A DNA stretch of 64,000 nt. It comes from Eledone cirrhosa. Its lineage: Eukaryota. A model generated the notes under the pieces. The model did no database searches, was not told the origin of the DNA, and worked only from the letters and a program-made list of their open reading frames with translations. Made by a program: the position numbers and the translations under genes. Positions 1-14,083 of this stretch are shown piece by piece. How positions within the stretch are numbered: the stretch's first letter is position 1; each line of letters starts with the position of its first letter. The stretch spans positions 121,768,001-121,832,000 of the forward strand of contig OZ024743.1 of NCBI GenBank assembly GCA_964016885.1, written 5' to 3'.

Positions 1-2562
1 ATTGTAGATACATTTCCCTCAAATCACACTCCACCATCCTAAAAAAGGGAAGGACACACATTAGATAATGCAGTCCTGCATCACCACCACCCAATCCCTA
101 CAAAAAAATATAAAATAGATTGGTCGTGGTTGGAATTCGTTTGTTTGTGGTCTGCTTAATTATGGCTGACCTAGAACTTTATAACCATTGAAAAGAGATT
201 ATTAACCCTTTCCTTACCATATTTCAAATGAATTTCTATGATTTTCAAATAATTTTGGAGGGATTTAGTAATATAATTAATTTTTAAACTTTCAATGATT
301 TAACTAAGGTTCTTACATAAAGTTATGATGGAATGTTTTCACATAAATAAAAACACTTTAAATTAAACAGTTTTGCATCATAAAACCAGTTTTCAGTCTG
401 AAGTTCAAACATTGCTACAAATAGCAACATTAGCCGATTAAACTGTTAAAGTACTACAGCATGTAATTGGAAAACAGCAGTGTTTGGAAGTATCTGTATA
501 AATTGAAGTTGAGATATGAAAGAAGAACAGGTGAAATATATTTGGAAAGTCAAATAGCAGAGTGAATATATATATAAAATATATATAATGATCAGAGTGG
601 TTACAACAGCATCACAATTCTGATGATAGTGGCATGGATAACAAGGAAAAATCATACTACAACTACAAGGTGGATGGTAAAACCTGGACATTCCCTTGTA
701 GCATCAACTCTGCTTGACACTGCTGGAAAAGGTGTCAAAAGGTGCTGAAATCATTGAAAACTCCAGTTGACAGTTGATGAAAAAAATGTCTCGCTGTGTA
801 AACTGTATGAAGAATATATATGAAAGATTTATTGCCAAATATTCAAGTCTCAGCCACTTACTTATACTCTCTGCCACAATCACCCAATATTACATAGTGA
901 TGAAGACACCTGGTTATTATATGTATGCAATTGGTACAAGGTATTTGTCATCTGGGAATGTCTGCATTGCAAATATTGACTGTGGTGAATAAGTTTCCTC
1001 TCAAAATCTGCTTGTGTTAGCACGACTCTATAAATAAGTACAGGGTGCCTAAAACAAGCTCAAAGCGTTGTATGGACTGTAGGGAAATTATCAAGGGTAA
1101 ATCTGCAGGCTAAAATACCTATAACATCATAACTGGAAATAGCTGTCATGAATCACACAAGTATTTAAGACCATCTCAAATTCAGTTTTGCTCTCTTGTC
1201 TCTCTTTTCACACTGCTGGTCTCTGAGAGAGTTGACGGCTGTCACTCGATTGCAGCCGTCACTGATCATTAATCTTCAGCACGCTAGTAATTTTTATGAG
1301 TTGTTTCCCTTGACACTGCATTATCTATTAAAGGGAGATTACTTATATGGTGCATTTCGTTGCCTGCAACATGCTGAAAGTGAAGGTACTGCTGCAGTCA
1401 GGCCAGTACACTCAACTCAGTAAATCTGCACAAAGCAATATCTTATCTCTAACAACATCTCTGCATTCGTAAATTCCAACATATAACAACAAAATACTAT
1501 TATGAACATTACATTTAATCTGTTGACAAAATATTATTATAAACTATTTACATATTCTGGTTGTGTTATATTTTGCTACATGGCATTGTTGTATAGCATG
1601 CCAAATATAAAAATATAAAAATTAGCAATTCCGTTTTCCTTGTTGGTCTGTCTCAATTCATCGTGATCCTGATCATTTTTTCAACTACAACTCAGTGACT
1701 AACAACACAACTATGAGCAACACCACAACAACCAACCACATATTTGCTAAAATGGTATCTACCAGCATACTAAAATTACTGTCAAAGGATTATAGATACT
1801 TACTATCATTTGCTAATCACAGGATGCTATGGCACTCTAATTATCTTTAAAGTGTTTCTCTGTCACCACCACAATATCCAAATAAAGTATTTTTAATCTG
1901 GTGTTTTATCTGCTGAGAACTTTACCACATATTTTGGGGGAGATTATCAGATCAGACCAAGGAAACTATTTTTCCACTGATTTTTCTATTGCTGGCATAA
2001 CTCCTGGTAGAGGTGTCACTACTTCTCTGGTGACAGGAGGAAGGATTTGAACTCAGAATACACAGGGCTAGAACAAACAAAGCATCCCATCTAAAACCTT
2101 AACAATACTGCATATCCACCACCTATCATTGACCCTGAAAGGATAAAAAGCAATGTTGACCTTGGCAGGATTTGAACTGGAAATACAAAGGGCTAGAACA
2201 AATACTGAGGCATTTAATCGATAACTAGCAAAAGAAATTCTCCTAAAACTGTCATATTCTAATACTGCCAAGACTTCTTTAATGAGACAGCATTATATGC
2301 AATCTTTCTACCTTAATGAAGCCCATTATAAAAACCTTTTTCCTCACAAGCAGACATTAGACATTAAACAATGATGATGATGCACTTTCACCAAACATCT
2401 AATTTCTAACTGTACCATTCTGTAACAAATTCTTTAAAAATTAGGCCCAAATAATTTGTAAGGTTAGCCATCAAATCTTTTAACAAAATTTAGTTGTCTG
2501 AGAAGTAATTTGTCTGTTTTCTACTTCTCACAACCCAAATCTAGAAATTTACTTGCAACCTG

Positions 2563-3495
2563 ATCATCATCATCAGCATTTAGTGTCCATTTTCCACACT
2601 AGCATAGGTTAGACGAACTGTCCTGTTGTGAGACAAGCCAGGTCGGATGACTGTGTTTTGCACACACAGAACTGATTTTGGTTTGGTCTCTATGGCTGGG
2701 TGCCCTTCCTAATGCCAACCCCATTTTCAATAGTTACAGGGTGCTTTTTGTCATGACGCCTACACGACCACTTTACAGTGTGGGCTGGATGCATATCGTC
2801 ATGGCACCAAAATAACCACTTAATAGTGTGGATTGGGGACTTAGGTGGGGAAGATGCATATGGGAAGGCGGGTCTTCTGTATTACTATATAACGCCAGAG
2901 ATCACAGTCCTGTGTCATCACCTTTCAGAGGTGCAATTGTGCAAGGTCAGCTTTCATCACCTCATCCCAAGTCTTCCTACTCCATAGCTTCCATCGACTG
3001 AGCGCTCAGCACATTTTCATACAGCTGTCATCCTTCATACGCATCACATGTCCATACCAATGCAATCTCCTCTCTGGCACACTACATCTGATCCCTCTTA
3101 TGCTCAATTTCTTTCTCAGTTCATTTATGCTTTGCCGTTCATATATATTACTATTACACATCCATCAATGTATGGAACCTTCATTTCTTTCCAATCTTCC
3201 AGATCTCACTAGCATGCAATATTGCTGTTCATATACATGCATCATACAATCTGCCCTTCAATTTGAGGGGAAAACCTTTTGTAGTTAGCAGCAGTAGTAA
3301 TTCTCTTAACTTTCTCCAACCCATTCTCACTCTGGCTACTGTGCTTTTAGAACAACCTCCTGCAGTGTTAATTGGTCGCCCAGGTAACAGAATCTATCTA
3401 TTACTTCTACAAAACCCTCTAGGCATTTGCAGGAGCTTGTATCCTGTGAACTCTAGCTACTTATTGCACCTGTGTATCGGCCACATGTAAAACCT
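2563..3495 (-). mobile_element. Decayed RTE 3' end with tail repeat
   Basis: Reverse-strand similarity to 31300-32260 (WYGHV and VARVRMGWRK remnants), with a (CAT)n end. Confidence 0.75.
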
Positions 3496-4029
3496 ATGTT
3501 CTTTCCTTCATAAAAACGTTATTAGATGGGTTATATTCTCATTCATAATCTTTATTTCTTGCTGAATGATTTTCATGAACTCAGTTTTCTCATTTGGTGT
3601 GTTGATATTTTGAATTTACTTAGGATGTATGCATTTCTGTTTGTAAAGTTTGTTAATCTTTTTATACGCTGTTCTTTTCATATTTATCATTAACATTCAT
3701 TTTAATTTTTTGGCCTGTATTTTATTTTGTGGTAATTTCTCTACCTTAGTTATATCTTTTTAAATTATTCATTGTATGTTTCAATAGATATCTCATAGCA
3801 ATAGAGAGATATGAATAACAGTCCAAATCTTCTGACAAAATGTGAAATAATGATTAAGAACATCAACAACAAAACTATAGTTAAATAGTAGCTATATATA
3901 TGCAAACCAGTATGTATAATGCAACTTTTTTTTTGCATCAAAGAAACACTATGACATTTCTCTTTTCCATCAATGAGATTATATATTGTGTTAGTATTTG
4001 TTTGGCAAGATTCTTGATGAGAAGTCACA

Positions 4030-4830
4030 TTTCGTTCTTTCTTTTCTTATGCCCAGTTAGCCCTAAGAGGGTCACATTGGAAACAACTGTCACCAAATGA
4101 TCTGACTGGATCCCTAAATGAGACCAACTGAAGTTATAGATATTATCCAACCATCTTGCTGGTGGTCTACCTCTGGGTCTCCTGCTAGTTGATTTTACCC
4201 ATAGTATCTGTCCTGCGATTCTTTCATTATACAATCTAACCACATGCCTAATGCAGAGAACTAGCTACTCTACCTAGAGCAACCCCCTGATCTCCAAGCT
4301 ATGCACCTTATAAATTAATGAAACCCTATTTCAGTTGCTTGTATTCATGATTGTATTTTTTTTTTTACTACTATCTAAGATACATGTCCATAGGTAAGAA
4401 GTAGGCAAGAATAGCAAATTGAAGATAACACGTTTGGCTCTTACACCTACTTTCCTTCTGCTAACCAAGTGTTGAAGTTGGTACATTATTACACCAACTC
4501 CCGCAATTCATGCATCTAATTCAGCCTCCTGCCTCCCATCACTTGTGAAAACTGCATAAGATACTTGAACTTCTCCACCTGCTTCATTCTACTCACATAC
4601 GAAGCACACTGTACAGGCTTACTCTAGACGACAAATGTCTCGTCTTTGTAACACTGATTTTCATTTCTGCCTTGCAGCAATTGGCAGCAAACCTATCCAG
4701 TACGTGCCAGAAATCACCTTCTGATGAGTTAATTAACACCATGTTTTCTGTGAATATTAGCCAACCAATCCTACATTCGCTAATTCTGATAGCACTTCCA
4801 CCCTGGCTGCACATGTTAGTCTCTCACAAA
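4030..4830 (-). mobile_element. Decayed RTE-type (Expander-like) RT C-terminal fragment
   Basis: Remnants MKISVTKT, QVEKFKYL and RPRGRPPARWLD. Confidence 0.65.
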
Positions 4831-4865
4831 TATTGCTATACTTTGGGAGAGTCATGCTGCCAAAA

Positions 4866-5630
4866 ACACACACACACACCGATTGAGTTTCATTTTGCAT
4901 TTATTAATAGTTAGGTAATTGAGGGTGGTGGATTGGCAGTATCGGTTGGGCGTCAGACAACATGCTTTGCGGCATAGAGCTACGGCCCTTTACATTCTGG
5001 GTTCAAGTTCCGTCGAGGTTAGCTTTGTCTTTCATCCTTACAGGTTGATAAATAAAGCACCAGTAATGCATTGGGATCAATTTAATCGACTTTCCCCTCC
5101 CCCAAAATTGTTGGCCTTTTGCCTAAATCAGAAATCATTATTGGATTGGCAGTATCAATAGAGGGTCTGACGCCATGCTTTGCAGCAAAGAGTTACAGCC
5201 CTTTATGGTCTGAGTTCAAATCCCGCCGAGGTTAACTTTGCCTTTCATTCTTACGGGGTCGATAAAATAAAGTACAAGTAATGTACTGGGATAATTGCTG
5301 GCCTTGTGCCAAAAGTAGAAACACTTATTAGTCTAATCCATTCCTCGGTTGGTTTAGTAACCAGATGGTTATTTAATTATCATAGCTATTTCATCACACA
5401 TTCTGTGACCTCCCCAATGACTATTGTGACCCTCTGTGTCTTCTCTTTGTTTTGAATTTGTTCCAGTTATTTCACAGAGGGTCAAAATAGTGATTGAGAA
5501 GGTTACAGAATGTTTAGTGAAAGAGCTTTGACAATTAAACAACTATTTAGTGACAAAACTAACCAAAGAATTAACTAGCAGCCTGACTAATAATTAAACC
5601 AAAGTGAAACTCAACTGGTGTGTGTGTGTT
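4866..5630. repeat. Old palindrome related to the 62938 family, left arm interrupted by two tandem SINEs
   Basis: cacacattctgtgacc (5396) / ggttacagaatgt..gaaagagctttgacaat (5501-5535). Outer arms acacacaccgattgagtttca / tgaaactcaactggtgtgtgt. Confidence 0.55.
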
Positions 5631-6092
5631 TATATTGGCAGCATGACTCTCAAATAACAATTATATTGGCAAAATTAGTTGAGCATCGGAAAAAATGCTT
5701 TGCAATATTTAGTTATGGCCCTTTACATTCTGAGTTCAAATCCCGCCACTGTTAGCTTTGCTTTTCATCCTTATGGGGTTCGATAAAGTACCAGTAACAC
5801 ACTGGAGCCGATTTAGTCGACTTTCTCCTTCCCTTCAAATTGCTGGCCTTGTGCCAAATGTAGAAGCAATTATTTGTTTGAACCTTTAATATCTTAAAAC
5901 CATTCTTGCATTGTTCACAAATATGATAGTATATGGTAAAATTATATCACTAATTACCCAGTGATAGTACTAATCAACCTCATGATCTTACTGCGTATTG
6001 CAATGAATTTTCTTCATGAGAGGGAAAAATAAATCATTTATGAAAAAGTTCTCCTAAGAGCAAAAATTTTGAACATAATCTTTATCACTTAC

Positions 6093-6183
6093 CACTAACA
6101 TTCATCGATCTTATATATTCGTATTTATGACGTAAACTTCTGTAATCTTCAAACCATATCTGTTTCATTTGCCCATTTGTTTC
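6093..6183 (-). CDS. CTBS-like exon 7; the terminal exon was not found in this window
   Basis: Acceptor tttttag|GAA, donor GTG|gtaagt, 91 nt. Encodes ETNGQMKQIWFEDYRSLRHKYEYIRSMNVS(G), matching the GH18 motif QVWYDxxxSxxxKxxY....G. Confidence 0.93.
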
Positions 6184-6680
6184 CTAAAAAACAGAAAAAT
6201 CATTCATATTATTACAATTTATACTGACCACTCTAGTAAGAGTCCTCCATCAAGTTCAATGATGGGCACTGTCTTTCAAACAACGGAAAGCCTAACTTGT
6301 GTATTATTGTATAAATTATTGAGTATTCCACAGACACATGTACCCTGAACACAATTCTCAAGCAGAATCAGCAGGCACAATATGTGACAAGGGTGGACCT
6401 TTGAATTACAGGTAGTCTCTCAAATGGGCTTCCACACAGTTTCCATTTATCTAATTTCACTCTCATGGCTTGAGTTGAATTGTACAGACATTTGCTTAAG
6501 ATACCCTGTAGTGGTATCAAACCCAGGGCCTTATGATTGCAAAGCAAACTTCTTAACCACTCAACTACATTGTGTACATAGCATTAAATAGATGTCTATT
6601 GAAACTACTTACCTATTTCCTAGATATATCTTACCATCAAATATTTTCCTAATAATCTCAACACTTAAAAATAAAATTAA

Positions 6681-6886
6681 CCCTTTGATGCCAAACTGTT
6701 CATTTTATGCTTATCTTTATATTAAAATAATTTTAGTTTAGAATATTCGGTTAAGTAATGTTCTAAATATCAGCTTGCTAATGAAAAATGAGCTATTTAT
6801 TAAATTCGTCCAAATTTTTTATTATTTTAAAAATTAATTGAAATACATAGGCAGTGTATTTCGTTAGAAATATGGTAATGAAAGGG
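6681..6886. mobile_element. TTAA-flanked piggyBac-type MITE (multi-copy family)
   Basis: TTAA|CCCTTT...AAAGGG|TTAA. Related copies lie at about 206-400, 6997-7230, 8273-8531, 9990-10170 and 14190-14430. Confidence 0.7.
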
Positions 6887-8764
6887 TTAAATCAATTAAA
6901 CCAAGAAATAGCCTAAATTCCAAGTTGCATGTGCAACAACAAAATATCATGTTCTCAGTCTTTTAACAAATTTTAATGTATCATAAAAACATTTAACCCT
7001 TTCATTACCATATTTCTAGTAAGACATTGCCTATTATTGTCAAGTAATTTTGAAAATAATCAAGAATCTGAAGGGATTTAGTAATATAACTTTCTCATTA
7101 AACTGGCATTGAAACATAAAGGTTCTTACATAAAATTATGATGGAAGGTTTTTAGATAAATAAACATTTTATAATTTTAGTTATGTTCTTGATGGTTTCC
7201 TTTTTATAGAACCAAATAACCTTAAAATAAAAGCATATATGCATGTATGTGTGTATGTGTGTGTATATATATACACACACACATACACGCGCACACATAC
7301 ACGTACGCACACGATGATTAATTAAACTGCTTTAAAAAAAGTGACCCAAAGAAATAAACATAAACTTATGTAAGGGAGACAACTTTTGGAGGCTGCATTC
7401 TGGAAAGGCTTAATGAAGTGGTGATCTAAAAAAAAAAATCTACCATAGTATAGACTTGAAATTGAAATTGATACACTAACTGCAGCTATTTCACATATTG
7501 TGCTTTTCATTAATGAATTTTTAAACTGAATAAAAATGACAAAACACTGAAAAGCCAAAAAAATCAAAATGCAGTATATGATCTGGTTCTTTATGTACTG
7601 AGTTTAAATTCTGCCTAGCACTACTTTGTTTTTCTTCCTTCCGGAGCTGATAATTTAAAGTACTAATCAAGTACTGAGGTCGAAATAATCGAGTGTTTTC
7701 CCTTCCTTAAAAATGTTTAGCCTTGGACCTATCATTATCATCATCAGCGTTTAATTTTCCATGCTTGCATGGGTTAGATGGTTGTCACGTGCTGAGGCCA
7801 GATTTATTTTGGCTTGGTCTTATGTACCTTCCTAATGCCAACCACTTTACAGCATGTACTGGGAGCATGATTTCTACAGCTGGATGCATTTTATTGTGAC
7901 TCCATCACTACCACCTTACAGCATGGACTGGATGTTTTTTGTCGTGGCGCTAGCACTACCATCTTACAGGGTGGACTAGGTGTTTTACAAATGGCACCAA
8001 CTCTATTTCATTACAATACTAGGCTGCTCAGTGTACATGGTACTGGTGGGTTGCCAACATTTCATTGGTGAGTCATGGTGGTGCCTGGCTTCCTTAGGTG
8101 GCCTAATCGGAGGCCATTTATATACTGTTTGGAGCAAGTGGTTGTGAGGGTAAAAATAATTATTTTACTTGTGTCCCTTACCCAGAACATCCTACCTAGT
8201 TCCATTTGATATCTAGTAAAGCTTTATAATATTCATATTCTTTTCCAATCTGTTTATTTTTTACTAATTTAACCCCTTTGATACCAAACCACTTGAAACC
8301 TTCCTTGGTACTATGAGACTAAGCTGCATATTACAGCTTAGAATGGGTGCATTTAAATTTACCTAAAAATCTTCCATCATAATTCTATGTAAGAAAATTT
8401 GTTAATGCTCCAAACACTGACTGATAATTGACATAGTTATATTATTAAATACCTGCATATTCTTAATTATTTTCTAAATAATAGGAAAATTATAAACAGT
8501 GTCTTTCATTAGAAAAATGATAATGAAAGGGTTAACTAACTTTCAAACACCCATTTGGCAACAAGTGCCATTTCTAAATGAATGACTACCTTCTTATAGT
8601 AAGTCAAGTACAATATACTCATTTCATGGATACAAACATGGCTGAGTGTAAGACTCATGCATTGTTCACTTTCCTGACATTTGTAAATTATTCTATGTAC
8701 TATACATGCACCTTTGATGAGTTTTAGTGCACCTGAGCACTGTACACAATTTTCATTATTATTA

Positions 8765-9825
8765 CTAACAGAAAAACCACCCTTAGGGTGGTTTTCTGCT
8801 AGCATGTGTAGTGTGTATATTGATATTATATGCAAGTATATATGCATGTAGATATGATACATAAAAAAAAAATCGTAATTGACAATATACACAGAAATTG
8901 AACGAAGACTGCGTTACACTGTCTTATGTAATCAGTAACGTAATCCATGATACATTAAAAAAAGACAATATTATATAAAAACTGCATTAGGAGAAAATTA
9001 GTGACAGAAATATATGAATATTTATTTAAACGATCGCTAACCAGAGGTGTTGACATTTGAAAATTTTAAAGAAGTGAATCTTTAAATCATCATCATCATC
9101 ATCATCATTTTACGTCCACTTTTCCCTGCTTGCAAGGGTGGGATGGGGCTTATTCAGCACAGCATCTCTCCACTTGTCACGGTCCTTTATCATCTCCACC
9201 GTGAGCTTCAGTGATCTGAGGTCTGTTCTCACCACCTCCGCCCATGTTTTTTGTGGTCTACCTCTACCACGTCTTCCTTCAACTGACATTTCCTGGCACT
9301 TCTTCGCCCATCGGTCATCCTCCGTGCACATCACATGTCCATACCACCGCAGCCTCCTTTCTCGCACACTACATTCTATCCCTCTCAGACACAGTTTCTC
9401 TCTCAACACATTTATGCTGGGTCGTTCACGCACATTTACACTGCACATCCAACAGAGCATGCTTGCCTCATTTCTCTCCAGCCGTCGCATATCCTCTGCA
9501 GTTGCTGCCCATGTCTCTCTACCATGCAGCATCAAGCTCCTCACACAAGCATCATATAACCGGCCTTTCGTACGCAGGGAGAAACCCTTCTTCGTCAGCA
9601 GAGGAAGCAGCTCCCTAAACTTCTTCCAACCCGTCCTTATTCTAGATACTATGGCCTCGGAAATAAGTAATAAAATATATTTAATGAACAACCACGAAAT
9701 TTAGTAGATAAATTATGTAATATTCATTCATTATTTATTCAAAGTAATCCGACTTATTTTACTAAGGGGATAAAAAATTGTAAACCGTACGCAGTCCCGC
9801 GCTTCTTACTTTATTATAGTTTAGA
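8765..9825 (-). mobile_element. Second copy of the same Helitron, interrupted by the RTE fragment
   Basis: 9690-9825 is the reverse complement of 61869-62000, and 8765-9050 of 62120-62409. Confidence 0.85.
9088..9660 (-). mobile_element. RTE 3' fragment inserted in a Helitron
   Basis: ORF 9110-9691 encodes the RTE C-terminus (RIRTGWKKF..LRWYGHV..GRPQKTW). The (CAT)n tail is at 9088-9107. Confidence 0.9.
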
Positions 9826-10859
9826 TTAATTTGTGGATGAAGACAATAAAAAAATTAAACAAAAAACACACAACAAATTTTGTACATATATGATGACAAA
9901 ATGTTGGTGCTCAAGTGGCCACTAACTTTGTGTGTAAGACTTATAAGACATGACACTGGCTATGATTTTCAAAGAATGTTGATAATCAAGAATTTGGAGG
10001 TATTTAATTATATAACTAACTTTTTCATTATTAAGCTGTTGTTTGGAACATAGCTTAAAGGTTAATACATAAAATCACAATGAAAGATTTTTAGACAAAT
10101 AAACACTATAAAATAAATAGCTTCATATCACAGAACAAAGTGTGGTTTCAGGCAGTTTAGTAAAAGGGTTTATAAATTTTAATGGTTTATAATAATAGTG
10201 TTACATCTTTTATTATTAATCCTTAATTTGAAAGAAATATAATTTTCTCAAGTATCATCATCATCATCATCATCATCATCATCGTTTAGAATCTGTTTTC
10301 CATGCTTGTATGTATTACACGAGCTGGCACATTACGAAGCCAGCGAGGTTGGGTCACCACATCTTACTCATATGCTTCACATTTGGTTCTGTTTTCTACA
10401 TCTGGATGCCCTTCCTAACACCAATCCCCTTACACAGTGAACTGGATGCTTTTCGTTGTGGTAGCAGTATGAACACTCAACAGGGTGGACTGGGTGTTTT
10501 CATGGCACCAGCACTACCACTTTACAAAATGGACTGGATGCTTTTTGTTGTGGCACCAGCACAACATCTGAAATATCATTTCATTTGTTGGCTCCATGAA
10601 TTTGTTAAACCTATGAGCCAACAAGGTAGCTTCTATGCAGTCACTCAACCTGCTAGAAATAGTAGCCAAATCGCTCCTAAATCACACTATCATCTTAAAA
10701 AGAAAAGGACAATAAATAATGTAGTAGTAATGGTCCCTAAACAGAAAGTATGGTAACAACTGGAATGCTGTTGACTATATGTCTGCTTAAACAGGGTTAA
10801 CTTTAATAGCTCTAACTTTTTCTAATTTGTTCTGATTATCATTTTTTCCCCCAGATAAA

Positions 10860-12320
10860 TGATGACAGTTATAAAGCTAGCTCAGCAAATAAAAAGACAT
10901 GCTGTAATTGTTGCCTTAACGGCAGATTTATAGATTGCTCACTTCCTGAAAATTGCATGGACATTTGTTGTCAAAGTTTGCAAAGAGCTGGAAGCTGTTG
11001 ATGGAGATTCTACAGCAACAGCCAAATGTAAAATGCCTGCTAAGGGTCCCAATACCATCAAAATACCCAAATTTGTACAAAAGGTACAGAAGATTATTGA
11101 TAAAACCTCCAGAAAGTCAATTAGCACCGTTGTTAAAGAGCTCAAGATTTCAAGGCACACTAGCAAAAGAATTATACATGAGGACCTTCAATACAAGTCA
11201 TGTGTGATAAGGAGAGGCCAATTCATGTTGGCAAAGACAAAAGATAACTATCTGATCCATGCAAAGCACTTGTTGAGAAAACTGAAACATCAAAAGCCTG
11301 GAATGCTTTGGTTTCTCTCTAATGAGAAAAACTTTGATCATGACCAAAGGAATTCCAGATGGTTATGTAGAGATTCCTAAGATGTTCCAAAAGTCATGCA
11401 CAAAGTGTCTGGCAACTGTGATGAGTCTGGGAGTAGTGAGCAATAAGGGAGATGGAGATATCATGACTCCTCACTTCTTTTCCTCAGGGCTTAAGGGTCA
11501 ATGCTGTGGACTATGATGAGGTGTTGGAGAGGGTTATGAAACTTTGGATAGAGAGCATGAGCAAAGGCAGACTGTACACCAACCAATAACACTCTGTGCT
11601 ATCTCATAAAACCATGACAACCCATGAATGGATGAGTTACAATCTCCACGATCACGTCCCCCAAAACATATATATATATAATAATGAAATTATTGTGTAC
11701 AGTGCTCAGGTGCACTACAACTCATCAAAAAGTGTATGTATATTACATAGAATAATATACAAATGTCAGGGAAGTGAATAGTGTATGAGTCATGATATAC
11801 ATGTGTGTATGTGTATGGAGGGGGAACATTAGGTGTAGTGTTGGCGAATCTCGGGAAGCATGGAGGTTTTAAAGGATGCAGTGTCTCGACAGCTAACAAC
11901 TGATGCAGGTAGTTTGTTCCATGCTTCAGCAACTCTGAGCGTGAAAAAATGTTTCCGAAAGTCATAGGAACTGTGCTGTTTTCTGATTTTGTAGGCATGT
12001 CCATGTGTGTTAGACACATGGAAATCAAAAAGGTACTCAGGGTTGTTGTTGGCAAGATGGTTAATAATGTTGTGGGTGTTTACCAAGTCAGTTGCCAGGC
12101 ATCAGAGCTTCAATGTATCCATGCCCAGGGAAGCAAGGCGTTCAGAGTATGGTAGAGTATGGCCACCTAGCTTCCCAATCTTGAATCCATTGGACTACTA
12201 TGGTCAAGAAGGAAGTCAATCAACACTCCCATAACACTATAAAATCTCTCAAGTCCACCATAACTATCACATTGTATTGAAGCAGTCATCGATGTTAACA
12301 ATGATTTGTTGAGTAGATGC
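10860..12320 (+). mobile_element. Decayed Tc1/mariner-superfamily transposase, interrupted by CR1
   Basis: HTH region and WFLSNEKNF (degenerate FSDEK) in ORF 11033-11380. VWPPSFPILNPLDY (WPxxSPDLNPxDY) appears at about 12157-12200. Confidence 0.8.
11680..12156 (-). mobile_element. CR1 3' fragment inserted into a mariner transposase
   Basis: ORF 11829-12086 ends ..FFTLRVAEAWNKLP..QHYT. It splits the transposase between QNI and WPPS. Confidence 0.9.
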
Positions 12321-13303
12321 GTCAAGAAGAGACTCAAGATTATTCATGCCAATATTTTCTCAAAGAAAGCTCTTCTTTCATGACTTATGCATCATTTACT
12401 AAATTCATGCAAATATCCTCAATGAACTGAGAAACCCTGTATCATCATTATTTAATGCCAGCTATATGTATAGAAAACTCTTCAGCTGTATCAAAGACAT
12501 GACAACCTCTCTACTGCTGATGCCATGATAAAATGCACTCAGAGTATGGAAACATATGTAAGCAAGATGTAGGCCTTTGACCCATCTGAGAGGTCAGTAA
12601 CTCAGCTTAAATACTAGCAAGGAAGACAGACATTAAATGATGATGATGATGGCTGCAATAGTCTTCTGGTTGAATTGTGTGGATTGGAATAGACTACAGA
12701 CTTTTCCATGTTGGCTTGAGTTGGATAGCTTGTAAAGACCAAATCAATACTTAATAGGAACTACTGTCTTCCTAGGCAGGTAAGGGGTCAAGTCTCACCT
12801 ATGTTCTAGTTTTGATATGGTTTCTAGAGCTGGATGGTGTTCCTAATACCAATGACTTTATAGTGCACTAGGTGTACTGTTGATGTTTATAATAGTTTCA
12901 AAAAACATTTTAAATGTTTTCTTTCATAAAAAAAAGATACATTTTCTACAGTATAGTGACTGCTTCATGTATGTACTTTTCCAAATGTGATATTATATTA
13001 GGAAACAAAAGCAGGATTGTTATGATAGTAAACATTAGGCACTGGCTAATGCAAAATAAATAAACATAAATTTTAATCTAAAGCATTTGATGCTACTTAC
13101 AAGAGATGGTCCAAGGGAAGTTTACAGATATTGAAAATGTAAGAAAAAAAAACTAAAAATACTATTTTAATGTGGTTCCAGCTATTCCAGTACAATATGG
13201 AATTGTGAATAACAAACTGTGGTGTCAATAGATTTAATATACATTTTTTTTTTAAATTAATTAGTTAAGAAAAACAAAGTCAAAGGAAAAAGAGATTACT
13301 TGC

Positions 13304-13474
13304 CTTAATATTAAAATATGGGGCCAAATAAACAGAATTCCAGGTATTATTATTTTCATAATTCATATATTTTTGTGCTAATGTATTCATATCGATTTTT
13401 GTGCGAAAATGTTCATAATCACAGGTTTCTGATTCATTTTTCTTTTTTATAAAACATTGGTCATAAGGAGAACC
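13304..13474 (-). CDS. CTBS-like exon 6 (GC donor)
   Basis: Acceptor ttttcatttag|GGT, donor AAG|gcaagt, 171 nt. Encodes GSPYDQCFIKKKNESETCDYEHFRTKIDMNTLAQKYMNYENNNTWNSVYLAPYFNIK, matching chitobiase ..W....APYYNYK. Confidence 0.92.
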
Positions 13475-13976
13475 CTAAATGAAAAGAATATCAACTGTAT
13501 TTGCAACGCTTTTCATTAATTTATTTACTTTCTTTTTTCAAATTAATTCTTCTAATTTATATCTTTTAACCTTGTTAAACAGAGTTAATTTGTAAATATT
13601 ACCAATGAAGAATATGACATAAGTCATATCCTTCAATCGAAGATCATCAAGTACTTTATCTATAACAAATGTATAAATAAGTATCCGTATTCAAATTACC
13701 GTTATAGAAATAATTATTTTAATCAATTAACGTTTTTAGTCATTGGAGTTTCTAAAAGTTTTTTATTTTACTTTTTTGTTAGTATTGAAAATGTTTGGTG
13801 TTGAATTACCTCCCTTCAACTATAAAATCAGCACATAACTACGCTGTCAAAGGCATAACTGTAAAAATATTTCTGAGGAAAGCTTTAAATTGATGAGGGT
13901 TGACTAATGTAATAAATAACATGTAAATAATGCTATATTGTATTATAGATAATATAAAATATTACAAAATACTTAC

Positions 13977-14083
13977 ACTCCCTTTAGGTTTAAAAATGTC
14001 GCAATCATAGACATAGCCATGCCATGGTACACTTAAAATAAATTTCTGAGGGGGAACTTCATTTGCCATGAATTCATCAAAAC
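13977..14083 (-). CDS. CTBS-like exon 5
   Basis: Acceptor ttctattctag|GT, donor AGT|gtaagt, 107 nt. Encodes (G)FDEFMANEVPPQKFILSVPWHGYVYDCDIFKPKGS, matching the GH18 motif PxKLVMGVPWYGYDYxC. Confidence 0.95.

Noticed and set aside
1685-1790. Short hydrophobic minus-strand ORF (MLVDTILANMWLVVVVLLIVVLL..) as a terminal transmembrane exon
   Set aside because: It derives from (CAA)-rich low-complexity sequence and lacks the expected GxGxW continuation.
4925-5330. A/B-box sequences as tRNA genes
   Set aside because: There is no cloverleaf, and these are heads of a multi-copy SINE.
6613-6663. 51-nt AG..GTAAGT-bounded candidate exon within intron 6
   Set aside because: It has a TGA at codon 2 in the required phase 0 and no GH18 similarity, and exons 6 and 7 join cleanly without it.
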